Assembly (NCBI RefSeq): GCF_001194135.2
Contig: NC_068992.1
Coordinates: 9,328,204-9,392,203 of the forward strand
Direction: 5' to 3'
Length of the DNA: 64,000 nt
Source: Octopus bimaculoides
Taxonomy: Eukaryota
Positions 51,537-64,000 of the stretch are shown piece after piece. Each line of letters starts with the position of its first letter. The stretch's first letter is position 1. Under the pieces are notes generated by a model. That model searched no databases. It was given only the letters and a program-made list of their open reading frames with translations, and was not told the origin of the DNA. Both the position numbers and the translations under genes were made by a program.

Positions 51537-54500
51537 GTACACACATACACAAATGCATGAAGATATTACAATGAGATGAAAGCTGCATTAAATATATACA
51601 CCAATACTTGCGTAAGTAAATAGAATCCATTACAAGTCTTCGCTGAAAATCAAATTTTCCAACATTGACACGGAGAACTTCCTGAAGAATTGATTGAATT
51701 ATATTCTTGTCAAGCATGGTACACCTCCAGGGGCAATTTTACACAACTTCTTTTCCATATCAGCAATAGTGAAGCGTTAAAAAATTTTTTTTTAATCTCT
51801 ACAATATGAAACATTTCGATGGCGGTCTGAATTCCATTAAATAAGAGATCAATGAATTAGGGAAGTATAACTAATTCTAACATGATCCGTCTCTTGTAGT
51901 TCAATAAGCCATGTAAAATAACATAACGCACAAACCGAGAAACGTTTGTATTCATTCACTTCACTAAACAGGACAGACATAGAAAACCCCCTCGTGCGGT
52001 TTTCAATAATATCAAAGATAGAAATGATGTTCTTGGAGAAATCATTTGAAAATCTATACATTAATGATAATGATGTTTGGTGCTGAATCAGAATGTGATC
52101 TTATGTTATAAAATCACTCAAGGAATCTAGACTACGATGGCTTCTACTTCCGTCACATCTCATTTGAAACGTTTTTGTTACAGATCTCAATGCTTTGTTT
52201 CGTCTCACTACACTAAGCAGGGCATGCTGAGACTTAAGACACCACACTTTTCACTTTTACTGTTAATGATTTCAGTGAGAGGCACCGACCGGCCATGCTG
52301 GAGCACCAGCTTTGATTTTATTGGTTTTTATTTCACATCACTTCCCGACTTTCTCTTTTCAGAACTGTTTTTAGGAAAGTAGCGAATTGGACAGAGCTAC
52401 TCATTTTGAGTTTCCTGCCAAAACCCGGGTTCATTTGGTACGTCAGATAAAAATTTGTCCGAATGTTCTTTGAAATAGTCCATATCTCCATCTCAAAGAA
52501 CTGATTACTGGGATGTCATCAACAACCGCAGACTAATATTGCAATGATGATGATGATGATGATGTGAACGCTACATCATTTGTTTAATATGAAAAATATA
52601 TTTTCAATATTATTCAAATTATGGTGTGGGTGAGCTAACAAAATCGTTAAGACGTTGGACAAAGTGCTGCCGCGGTCAGCTTTGCTTTTCACCCTTTCGA
52701 AGTCAATAAAATAAACACCAGTCATGTAATGAGGTCAATGTAATCGACTGACCAACTCTCATTAGAATATTTGTCCTTGAACCAAAATTTGAAATGGCAT
52801 TTTTCAAATTAAGTTTTGTATCCATTTCATAAATCCGGCAACCGTACGTCTCAGGACGCACAAACAATTGACTCATCATTTATTCATGTATACCAGCTTT
52901 GCTTTATTCAACACCATTGCTAAAAAATTGAACAAGAAAAACTTGACAAAGCACTTATAGACCGCCACACATTTATTTGTGTGTTGTGTGTGAACGTGGC
53001 ATTTAAAATTTCATTATTACACAAACGAGAGAGAGAGAGAGGGGGGGGAGAGATGGAAGGAGAGAGATGGAGAGAGAAAACACGTTGGGGAGACGGACCT
53101 TCGAGATGGCTAGATTGTTGACACTGGTCTCTTTTCTCTGCCTGCGATGATAATAATAATAGATGTTTCATATACAATTTATATTGGTTCACGTGTTCAC
53201 GTTACAGTTGATATATATGTATACGTATATATATATATTTGCTTATGTATACATATACATACATAAGACAAACCGCGCTTTCCATTCTTTCCTTCATATT
53301 TGCGTCAGTAACGAAGTTGCGGTCGTGCAACGGATATTTTGGTAAGCATCCCGAAATACATGAAAAGTGAGTATAACTAATTTGTGTATTTCGATGACTT
53401 AAAATGACCCATCTCTGATGGCCTGGAGACATACACCAGGAGACACTAAATAAAATAAATAAATTGTTAATATTGGTAAATAAAATAATAATTATAATAA
53501 TTTATGTATTGTTAACTGTCTATTGGCGTGTCAGTATTATTTTCTTGTAAGAACCATATTATCTTCTTAGATTTAGGTCAATTGTTAGGATTCATATTTT
53601 TACATGAAGTGTTCTAATATGTCTTATCTTTCAAGCCGCTGTTAGCTAGGGCATTGTTATGGAAGGTGGGTGGGGCGGCTACCTTATCAAATATATCTTC
53701 AGAAGAGAGATAAGATATCCTATTACTGCTGTTAGCTAAACACCATAGGGAGTGACAGGATTGTTTGTGTATATAGAATTTCTCGTTTGATTTATAAAAG
53801 CAGGAGATTAGATCTAGGGAAACATCTAAAAAAAAAAAAAAAAGACCGACTTTTGACAAATTAATGATTCTGAGGCCTAATTAACTAAAGATATCAATGA
53901 GCTTTTTCCCTAAATTTATCAAAGTGTGACCAACGCAGCCATCAGATATCCCAATCCGATGTCCAATATGGGAACTTGGTAAAAGTTTAGTATTTCTTCC
54001 AAGTAGCGTATTAGATGCCATTCTTTTCGTTTGCTTAATTCATATAGACGTAAAGTCGTAACACCGATTACCTGTTTATGCCGTTGTGCACTCTCACTGA
54101 TAACATATCTTGCTAAGCTGAACTAAAATTGTACATGCCAGTTCATGTGTGTGCTGTCTATTATACATACATATATATGTGTGTGCATACACATACACAT
54201 TTATATATATATATACATACATGAATATATATACACATTTATATATATACATACATACATGAATATATATATATATATACCTTTAGAAGTAAGACAGAGA
54301 GAGAAAGAGAGAGAGATGGGGAGAGAAAGAAAGAGAGAGATTAAGAAAGAGGCCAAAGTTCTCTTTCACCTATTATCTTATATCAAAAGTACATAAAAAA
54401 AAACCCAGATAACATCCGTTATTTTAATTCGATAATATATTGCAGTTGAAACAATTGTTTGGGCAGTAAAACAAGAAGAAACAAGAGAAATAATTCAATA

Positions 54501-55255
54501 TCGATTTTGACGAAATGCCCAAGGCCACGATAAACTTTATCAGTGATAGGTGTACTTAGCTGGCTAGAATATATTACCACAGACGGATGTGCATGTGTGT
54601 GTGTGTGGAGGAGGGTATAGGATTGGTCTAAGTCTAGTCAATACGTCCCAGTAATATCTTATTATTCTAGGTAGTTTCTCTATTCTTAGACAATCTAAAA
54701 ATATTGTTCGCTCACCCCACCACTCACGAGGAAATGTTACTCATATGAAGACTAATTCTTTTACAGTATTTTTCGGAAATTTGTACAATAGTTTTTTTTT
54801 CTTTTATGCAAGGGTGGGAGGAACGTTTAGAGATTTGATCTGCTTCTTGCAAGAGGATACATGAACACGATTAATGATAACTAATCAACGATTTTCATTA
54901 ATCCTCACAAATTCAGGGATGGTCGAAAAATATGTATATATATATACTTTGCTTAATATAGGTGGAATGTTCTTTTCATTTCTCTCTGAGACCATCAGTT
55001 TGAGTACTTGAGAGGCTGAAATAACCCGTTTAAGAACATAGAATGATCGAATTATTATCCTAAAAAAAGAAATAGAGAAATGAAAAGAACATTCCACTCA
55101 TATTAAGCAGCTGTAGACCTACTTTTGCCCACCCATATCTTTAATATGAAACCTTTTTTCACTCCAATCCTTAAAATATCTTCTCATGCTCTTAACTCCC
55201 ACTTCTTAAAATTTCTCGCTTTTTGCCGAAATTTGGTACTATTATTATTATTACT

Positions 55256-55512
55256 GTGGAGGCGCGTGGCTTAGTGGCTAGGGTGTCAGCATCATGATCG
55301 TAAGATTGTGGTTTCGATTCCTGAACAGGGCGACGCGTTGTGTTCTTGAGCAAAGCACTTCATTTCACGTTGTTCCAGTCCACTCAGCTGGCAAAAATGA
55401 GTAACACTGCAATGGACTGGCGTCCCATCCAGCTGGGGAACACATACGCCATTGAAACCGGGAAACCGGGCCTATGAGCCTGGCTAGGCTTTAAAAGGGC
55501 GCATTTATTATA
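55256..55512 (+). mobile_element. SINE: tRNA head, CORE-like body, tail X
   Basis: GTGGAGGCGCGTGGCTTAGTGG, GGTTTCGATTCC, GTGTTCTTGAGCAAAGCACTT, tail shared with 33298; TSD-like TACTATTATTATT(ATT)ACT at 55237-55255 and 55513-55528. Confidence 0.9.
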
Positions 55513-55534
55513 TACTATTATTATTACTATTATC

Positions 55535-55697
55535 TTTTACGTACAGAGTTCGAATTTCGCCGAGGTCGATTTTGCCTTTCATCTTTTCGGGGTCGATGAA
55601 ATAAGTACCAGTTGAGTACTGGAGTTGATATAATCGACTAGCTGCCCCTCTCCCCAAAATAACAGGATTTGTGCCCAGAGTAGAAAGGAGTATTATT
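55535..55697 (+). mobile_element. SINE family C, 3' part
   Basis: GAGTTCGAATTTCGCCGAGGTCGATTTTGCCTTTCATC...GTAGAAAGGAGTATTATT. Confidence 0.85.
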
Positions 55698-56439
55698 GCT
55701 ATTATCTTAATATAATTTAATGTGATACCATAATCAGTTTCGTAAGGATGGCACAAGGGATAACGGCCCGAGCAGTAATCCACTTCATTGATTATAATCG
55801 ATGACCGAGTTCGGATCCTGCCAGTGATCTTCGGCATTGCATTTTGTCTCACCGTCGGTCAGAATTTCAATAGTCTATAGATTCTGCAACATGGTCTGTG
55901 TGAGTAAATACAAATGATATTATGCAATACAAACTTTTACAGAGTCAAAGCATCACTAGTTGACAGGGGTGCACCAAATCCAATAAACGCAGTGAGCAGA
56001 CAACGATGGGACTTCCCGTTTAGTATATATCATTTGATTGCAGTTCAATTTGAACGACTGACCTAGGAGGTTGAGTTGCAACCGATTATGACCGAATCGA
56101 TATTTACAGACCTACCGAAGGTTACCAGCATCATTTTAAAAGCAATCTATCGATTTTTGAAAACCTTTTAGAGTCAGGAGGTAAAGCAGTGTCTTTGACT
56201 CATTGAAAGGTTTCTGCGACTAATGGTATACAAGAACGAAGTTTGTCTGAGGACCATGCTGTGCACTACTCCGACATGCAGTTGTGCATCGTAAGGAGTG
56301 CAATAAGACAGTTCTGGGCGTATTGCACTATATCCACTCAACTGTCTATTTATGCATCCGTCAGATGTATCATTCTCCTCTGGACATACCCGGAAATTTC
56401 CAAAAATGCTGGCCCTTGACAACCCTAACCCATGCATAT

Positions 56440-57560
56440 TCCTGTACAAGGCACAACACCAATTCAAATCATTGCACTCAAATACCAAACTATTAATGGA
56501 CCTAACGCAGTGAATAAATGCACGATGGCTTCAACAAGGATAGATCTCTCACATCTACCTCTCTTCGAACCATCAACAAAGCTTTTCACTTAACTTACCA
56601 TTATCTGCTCATGCAAAGAAGAAAAAAAAACTCAACACCACCTTAAAGAATAACTAAAAATGCTTCTAGTTGAAAACGATAGCAACAGTTCTAGAACTTG
56701 TAGTTTTCCGTATGGAATACCTCAGGGATCCGTCCTCTTACTTCGTTTTTTTTTCTTTTTTCTACATATACATACAAGACTTACCCCGTTCTCCATAAAA
56801 TACAGAGATAGCCTTATACACTGAAAAAGTCCCACTCACAACTCTATCACTGAAGACCAGGGGTCGGCAAACGTCTTAAATCATGGTCCCCTTCATGGAA
56901 TAAGTTCACAATTAATGGAACCTCAACATGCAAATTTCGAAAATGAAATTAAAAAGTATAATTAATAAAAAAAAAAAATTCGTTCGTTCGCTTGTGACAT
57001 CACTGGTTTTTAATAAGAAATATTTCAAGAAATTTAGTGAAAATTTAATGAAAATTGAGAAAGAAAAACAATAAACATTCAGTCATATCGATATTATTGG
57101 AATATTTAATGTAAAATATGTTTGGCGAATATTAGTTATTGCATCGATATTTGGCTGAAAATTATTGAGATTTTGCCTTAAATTGCGGCGCTCCACTGGA
57201 TCCAGTTTGCTGATAATACAGTATCCTTAATGCTCAAAATCGTTTCAGGTGTTTATCGCCCCCACCCCAACCCATGGATGGCTACATAAACCCACAGCCT
57301 CTCCACCCTCCCAAGGGTCAACATTGACCACTTCTCTACAGCCTCCTCTAGACTCTACTGCACAGTTTCTCCAACCCTGAATAGATCACCTACAAACTTG
57401 GCAATCCAACAACAGACTCGAAGAAGCACCGACCGTAACCACTGTCCTTTCTCTCTTATCAGCAATACTCCCCGCCAGAAAAAAAAGGGCCAGCAAGTAC
57501 AACCAGCCATCACGCTCATTAACATAAACATACCACACATCTCAGAAGACAAACATACCA
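56440..57560 (+). pseudogene. Decayed non-LTR (Jockey/CR1/L2-like) reverse transcriptase fragment, interrupted
   Basis: HDGFNKDRSLTSTSLRTINKAFHLTYHYLL (decayed LD..KAFD.V.H..L), YGIPQGSVL at 56711, YIQDLP...IALYTEK (decayed YADD); resumes after the insertion with IDHLQTWQSNNRL. Stops and frameshifts present. Confidence 0.7.
56858..57345. mobile_element. hAT (Charlie-like) non-autonomous insertion within the RT relic
   Basis: Left TIR CAGGGGTCGGCAAAC; possible 8-bp TSD CTGAAGAC (56850) / CTCTAGAC (57346), the latter fitting the Charlie NTCTAGAN target; right TIR not recognisable. Confidence 0.45.
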
Positions 57561-58021
57561 GGGGTTAGACCATACGTGACCCTAACAACATTCACAACAC
57601 ATATAGAAGACACAGAGAAGCAAGATGAGTGTAACACAATCCTGCCGTGACAATCTCTCCTTTTTCCTTTATGCAAGGGAACCCACCACCTCTGTATCCA
57701 ATGCGTCCTGTTCTAAGAAGTTAGAGATGTGATGTGGCTGCTATTTCTAGAAGATCAGACAACCACTCACATAGTGGAAGTTGTAATCTCTTGTGGTGAC
57801 AACTTCTCGACAAATCAAACTGATTTCAATTCTCTTAAGAACTGCTTCATTTTAATTACATCTTGAATACTCTTGGGAAATGCATTTCTGTCCATAAACT
57901 ATAATGGTTTTGCTCTGTTCAAGAAATGAGACAATTCGGTTAATCACTCATTGATTCTTTCCAATAATTACGAAAAACCACCGAAAATACAAATGTTTGG
58001 TCTTCTACTGCAGCAGTAATC

Positions 58022-58066
<45 letters not shown>

Positions 58067-58226
58067 GTAGTAGTAGTAGTAGTAGTAGGTGTTGTTGTTA
58101 CTGCTCTTATCTTAAGAGTTGGCTTAGGTAAGTCAATCACTGTTTTTATAAAGCAATCTGATGTGCTTGGCTAGCTAAAAGTAATAGCCTAATCTCCCTC
58201 AAAAAATCACATCATACTGTTTCATG

Positions 58227-58367
58227 AAGGAGAAGAAGAAGAAAAAGAAGAAGAAGAATAAAAAGAAGAAGAAGATGATGAAGAAGAAGAAGAAGAAGAA
58301 GAAGAAGAAGAAGAAGAAGAAGAAGAAGAAGAAGAAGAAGAAGAAGAAGAAGAAGAAGAAGAAGAAG
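58227..58367. repeat. (GAA)n microsatellite
   Basis: About 140-bp purine tract. Confidence 0.95.
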
Positions 58368-58480
58368 AGTACATTGGTACCCATGTTGTAGTTCAGAATC
58401 TAAAGAAGATAAAAAGAAAGAAAAGAAAAATCTATATAAGAAAAGAAAAAGCTATACACACACACACATATATATATATA

Positions 58481-58548
<68 letters not shown>

Positions 58549-58670
58549 NNNNNNNNNNNNNNNNNNNNNNNNNNNNNNNNNNNNNNNNNNNNNNNNNNNN
58601 NNNNNNNNNNNNNNNNNNNNNNNNNNNNNNNNNNNNNNNNNNNNNNNNNNNNNNNNNNNNNNNNNNNNNN

Positions 58671-58702
<32 letters not shown>

Positions 58703-59317
58703 AATATAAATATGTATGTACATATTGTGCACAAACACACACACACAGACACTCGTAAGCAGGCTTGGTTTTATGTTTTTTTGCGTCTATATTGAACTAA
58801 ATGTCGGTGTAGAACATATCAAGCCAGTTTTGAACTGAGCAGAACATATTGTGTTCCTCTCAGAAGTGCATCATCAAATGGAGAATCTTTGATATTTGTG
58901 TTGATGCATGCACCTGATGACCCTCATTACATAACCGGACGATGTTATATGTTCAAAACTATTCTGTCTGCTTTCACGTTCAACACATTTTTGTATGCAC
59001 AGTCAGAACTCTCACTTCCTTTTCTGAACCTTCATCTGTGCAACATGTGTGGACATATTCATTTATTTATTTGTCTTTACCTTCCTGACTATCTCACTAG
59101 ATATCTGCCTGGCTGTCTTCCTGTCTGTCTCTCATCTCTCCCTATACCTACCTACCTACCTACCTACCTACCTACCTACCTACCTACCTACCTACCTACC
59201 TAAATACATACATACATACATGCATACATACATACATATATATGTTGCGCGTATTTATACATTACATGTATATATTTGTACATGTACACACATGTGTGTG
59301 TCCATATATATATGTAT

Positions 59318-59366
<49 letters not shown>

Positions 59367-59590
59367 AATTATTCGGTCTTAGTAGACACATAACATGTGA
59401 TCTTCTTCTAGCACATTAGCAGTCCACCTTGTGGCCTCCTTTATGTATATTTTTATATATAGATATGTGGATATATATATATATTGTATGAAAGCTCTTG
59501 CATATGTGTATGTATACACGTGTGTATCTATCTGACTAAATGAACCACTTTCCATGGTTATCTGTCTGCATGTCTGTATATGTCTCTGTA

Positions 59591-59678
<88 letters not shown>

Positions 59679-59795
59679 CATGAATTTTATATATGCATTA
59701 TATATGCATTATCTGTTTTAATGTGCATATGACTATATGTATGTGTTCATGTATGTGTGTAAGTATGCGTATGTATGCACGTGTCTGTCTGTTTT

Positions 59796-59874
<79 letters not shown>

Positions 59875-60329
59875 TTCAATCACTCGTAAAGGTTAGATAG
59901 GAATATTTTCATGCATTAACACCTACAGACACAGAAGATAGGTATATATNNNNNNNNNNNNNNNNNNNNNNNNNNNNNNNNNNNNNNNNNNNNNNNNNNN
60001 NNNNNNNNNNNNNNNNNNNNNNNNNNNNNNNNNNNNNNNNNNNNNNNNNNNNNNNNNNNNNNNNNNNNNNNNNNNNNNNNNNNNNNNNNNNNNNNNNNNN
60101 NNNNNNNNNNNNNNNNNNNNNNNNNNNNNNNNNNNNNNNNNNNNNNNNNNNNNNNNNNNNNNNNNNNNNNNNNNNNNNNNNNNNNNNNNNNNNNNNNNNN
60201 NNNNNNNNNNNNNNNNNNNNNNNNNNNNNNNNNNNNNNNNNNNNNNNNNNNNNNNNNNNNNNNNNNNNNNNNNNNNNNNNNNATATATATATATATATAT
60301 ATAGATAGATAGATAGATAGATAAATAGC

Positions 60330-60392
<63 letters not shown>

Positions 60393-60753
60393 GCTAAAGA
60401 GAAACGGAGTCATACAGTCACAGACAGACGGACCGACGCACAGACTCGCTCACACACGGGCTGATGTCAGCTGCGGGACACACAGACAATGATAGACAAG
60501 ATTCATAGAGCTGGCATATTATTTCAGATTTTCTAGCTTTAATAATGCCTTTCATACGCTGTGTGCATCATATTGAACCGGAGAGACAGGGATAAAGATT
60601 TTTAAACATATTAAATACAGTCACATAGACAAGTAGACTGATATGACAGACAGACTTTCACAAATATACACACAGGCGTACAGTACACAAACACCAATGC
60701 ATATATTCATACATACACACATATAAATATATATATATATACTCACACAAATG

Positions 60754-60790
<37 letters not shown>

Positions 60791-61096
60791 NNNNNNNNNN
60801 NNNNNNNNNNNNNNNNNNNNNNNNNNNNNNNNNNNNNNNNNNNNNNNNNNNNNNNNNNNNNNNNNNNNNNNNNNNNNNNNNNNNNNNNNNNNNNNNNNNN
60901 NNNNNNNNNNNNNNNNNNNNNNNNNNNNNNNNNNNNNNNNNNNNNNNNNNNNNNNNNNNNNNNNNNNNNNNNNNNNNNNNNNNNNNNNNNNNNNNNNNNN
61001 NNNNNNNNNNNNNNNNNNNNNNNNNNNNNNNATATATACATACACATGCACACGTGAATGTATATATTTATGTATATATGTATATAAGATATATGC

Positions 61097-61131
<35 letters not shown>

Positions 61132-61666
61132 TGTATGTATGTATATCTGCCTACCTGTCTGTCCGTCCGTCCATTCGTCTACATTATGCGTTTTGTGTAT
61201 GATGTAGATAGACTGACAACACGCACACAGAAACGAACAGTATGGCGATCGGCTCGACTGTTGGCTGGATGGCCGGACATTTAATTTGACGGTCGGATGA
61301 ACTGATGGACGGATGGCCGGATGGATGGATGGATGGACGGACGGATGGACAGGTGGATTGATAGATGGATGGATGGATGGATGGATTGATAGATGGATGG
61401 ATGGATGAGCAAAGATACGATGTTGTAGACAAATAGAAAAATAGGGAGAGAGGGATAGATCGATCGGTAGATAGATAGACAGACAGACGTGTACCAAAAT
61501 AGATCGACAGACAGACAGGCCGACAGGTAGATAGATAGACAGAAAGAGATAGATAAACAGACAGATAGATAGGTAGACAGAAAGACAGATAGATCGATGG
61601 ATAGATAGATAGACAGACAGACATAGATAGATGGATGGATAGATACATAGATAGATGGGTGGATAG

Positions 61667-61801
<135 letters not shown>

Positions 61802-61981
61802 AATAAATAAATAGATAGTTAGATAGACAGAAAATATGCATAAATAAAATAAATACGTTCAGACTGTGAAAGCATGAACAGGGAAGGATAATCAAAGCAA
61901 ACCGATATTGATTTATACTAACATGTATCGCGGTGCATGTATAAATGCAGACACCCACACAAGATTGCACACGTATATATA

Positions 61982-62014
<33 letters not shown>

Positions 62015-62153
62015 AATGTAAATAGCTTTCCATGCGTACGTTTAATAAACACCTTTGGCTGTTGATAGAAAACAGAAGGGCACTTGGCACATCGTTGGTA
62101 AATATGTGTGCTTATTAGATATACTTCTGTACACATACACACGCACACGCACT

Positions 62154-62187
<34 letters not shown>

Positions 62188-62816
62188 TGTATATATGCAT
62201 ATATATATANNNNNNNNNNNNNNNNNNNNNNNNNNNNNNNNNNNNNNNNNNNNNNNNNNNNNNNNNNNNNNNNNNNNNNNNNNNNNNNNNNNNNNNNNNN
62301 NNNNNNNNNNNNNNNNNNNNNNNNNNNNNNNNNNNNNNNNNNNNNNNNNNNNNNNNNNNNNNNNNNNNNNNNNNNNNNNNNNNNNNNNNNNNNNNNNNNN
62401 NNNNNNNNNNNNNNNNNNNNNNNNNNNNNNNNNNNNNNNNNNNNNNNNNNNNNNNNNNNNNNNNNNNNNNNNNNNNNNNNNNNNNNNNNNNNNNNNNNNN
62501 NNNNNNNNNNNNNNNNNNNNNNNNNNNNNNNNNNNNNNNNNNNNNNNNNNNNNNNNNNNNNNNNNNNNNNNNNNNNNNNNNNNNNNNNNNNNNNNNNNNN
62601 NNNNNNNNNNNNNNNNNNNNNNNNNNNNNNNNNNNNNNNNNNNNNNNNNNNNNNNNNNNNNNNNNNNNNNNNNNNNNNNNNNNNNTATATATATATATAT
62701 ATATATATATTCATTGAATTATCGTATATGTGGCTGAGCATTCCGCAGATACAAGCTGCTCCTTTCACGTGATCCTCAGATTACAGAGCAACTTAGCAGT
62801 ATATGACATGTACACT

Positions 62817-63120
62817 GTGAAAGCGCGTGGGTTAGTGGTCAAGGTATTCGACTCACGGTCGTATAATCGTGAGTTCAATTCGTGGCGGCGCTGTGTCCTT
62901 GAGCAAGTCACTTTATTTCACCTGGCTCCCGTCCACTCAGCTAGCAAAAATAAGTAGTATGTATTCCAAAGGGGCCAGTTTTGGCACATTCTGTGTCACG
63001 CTGAATCTCCCTGAGAATGTCTGTGGAGCACCCTGCCACTTGCACGTTAATTTAACGAATAGGCTGTTCGGTTGATCGGATCAATTGAAATGCTCGTCGT
63101 CGTAATCGACGGTGATCCAG
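62817..63120 (+). mobile_element. SINE: tRNA head, CORE-like body, tail Y (degenerate)
   Basis: GTGTCCTTGAGCAAGTCACTTTATTTCAC body as at 55256, then CTGTGTCACGCTGAAT...GTTGATCGGATCAA...CGTCG-TAAT-CGACG as in family A. Confidence 0.85.
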
Positions 63121-63189
63121 TTTTCAACATACATAATGTCTGCAGCTCGATTTCGCGCAATCGCTTGATTGTTCTCTTACACATGGGTA

Positions 63190-63629
63190 GCAAAGATATG
63201 GTTTTTCAACAGCAATGATTATCTGAATATTTTGGGAAATCAAGTCCTCTCCATAGTTCAGACATTATTCCCTGACAGTAAGTGCAGCTTCCAAGATGAC
63301 AATGCTCCAATACATACCTCTCAAGTGGTTAAGAATTGGTTTGAAGGGCATAACAATAAGCTACAACACATGGAGTGGCCCCTGTGCATCTGTGGTGCAT
63401 CTTGGAGTGACAAGTTAGAAGTCGTTTCCCTCCACTGTCATGTCTGCAACAACTGAAGCAAGTTTTGCAGAAGAATGGCTCAAGATTCCTCTCAATGAAG
63501 TCAGGAAGATGTATGAAACAATTCCTGGACGCATCGAAGCTGTCCAGAAAGCTAAAGGAGGATCATCTCCATATTGAATAAATGTTCATTGAATTCAACA
63601 CGTGTTCCAATTATTTTGTCCAACACCTA
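63190..63629 (+). mobile_element. Tc1-family transposase C-terminal fragment with right TIR
   Basis: DYLNIL..QV...FQDDNAPIHTSQVVKNWF...HMEWP (SPDLNPIE deleted), frameshift, EEWLKIP...IPGRIEAVQKAKGGSSPY*; right end AATTATTTTGTCCAACACCTA|TA. Confidence 0.88.
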
Positions 63630-63636
63630 TATGTAT

Positions 63637-63871
63637 CTCTTTTACTCTTTACTCTTTTACTTGTTTCAGTAGTTTGACTGTGGCCATGCTGGAGCACCGC
63701 CTTTAGTGGAGCAAATCGACCCCAGGACTTATTCTTTGTAAGCCTAGAACTTATTCTATCGGTCTATTTTGCCGAACCGCTAAGTTACGGGGACGTAAAC
63801 ACACCAGCATCGGTTGTCAAGCGATGCTGGTGGGTGGGGGGACAAACACAGGCACACAAACATATATACAC

Positions 63872-63946
<75 letters not shown>

Positions 63947-64000
63947 CATACATATATACGGCGGTCTTCTTTCAGTTTCCGTCTACCAAATCCACTCACA
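63637..64000 (-). mobile_element. SINE family B, cut by window end
   Basis: Reverse complement of the 39277 copy; inserted a few bases after the Tc1 TA site. Confidence 0.92.

Overview
AT-rich, gapped animal genomic scaffold dominated by microsatellites ((TA)n, (CA)n, (GA)n, (TATG)n, (TATC)n, (TAA)n, (GAA)n) and tRNA-headed SINE-like repeats. The repeat content and assembly style suggest an octopod cephalopod, probably Octopus (inference from pattern recognition, not a search). Almost every ORF in the track is a translated microsatellite or N-gap. No protein-coding gene, true tRNA, rRNA or CRISPR array could be identified with confidence. Supported features: several SINE families, decayed Tc1/mariner transposases (DD37D maT-like, mariner N-terminus, Tc1 C-terminus), pogo/Tigger-like and hAT-like MITEs, and a LINE RT relic. 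Best leads: (1) a tRNA-like-headed retroelement at 30.1-30.6 kb with a 5' fold-back and a minimal type I hammerhead ribozyme fold of the Penelope-associated kind; (2) four head/tail combinations of SINE modules, one proven a single insertion by a 14-bp TSD; (3) an inverted SINE pair able to form a ~265-bp dsRNA stem; (4) several weak candidate exons, including a Q-rich frame and an S4 voltage-sensor-like peptide.
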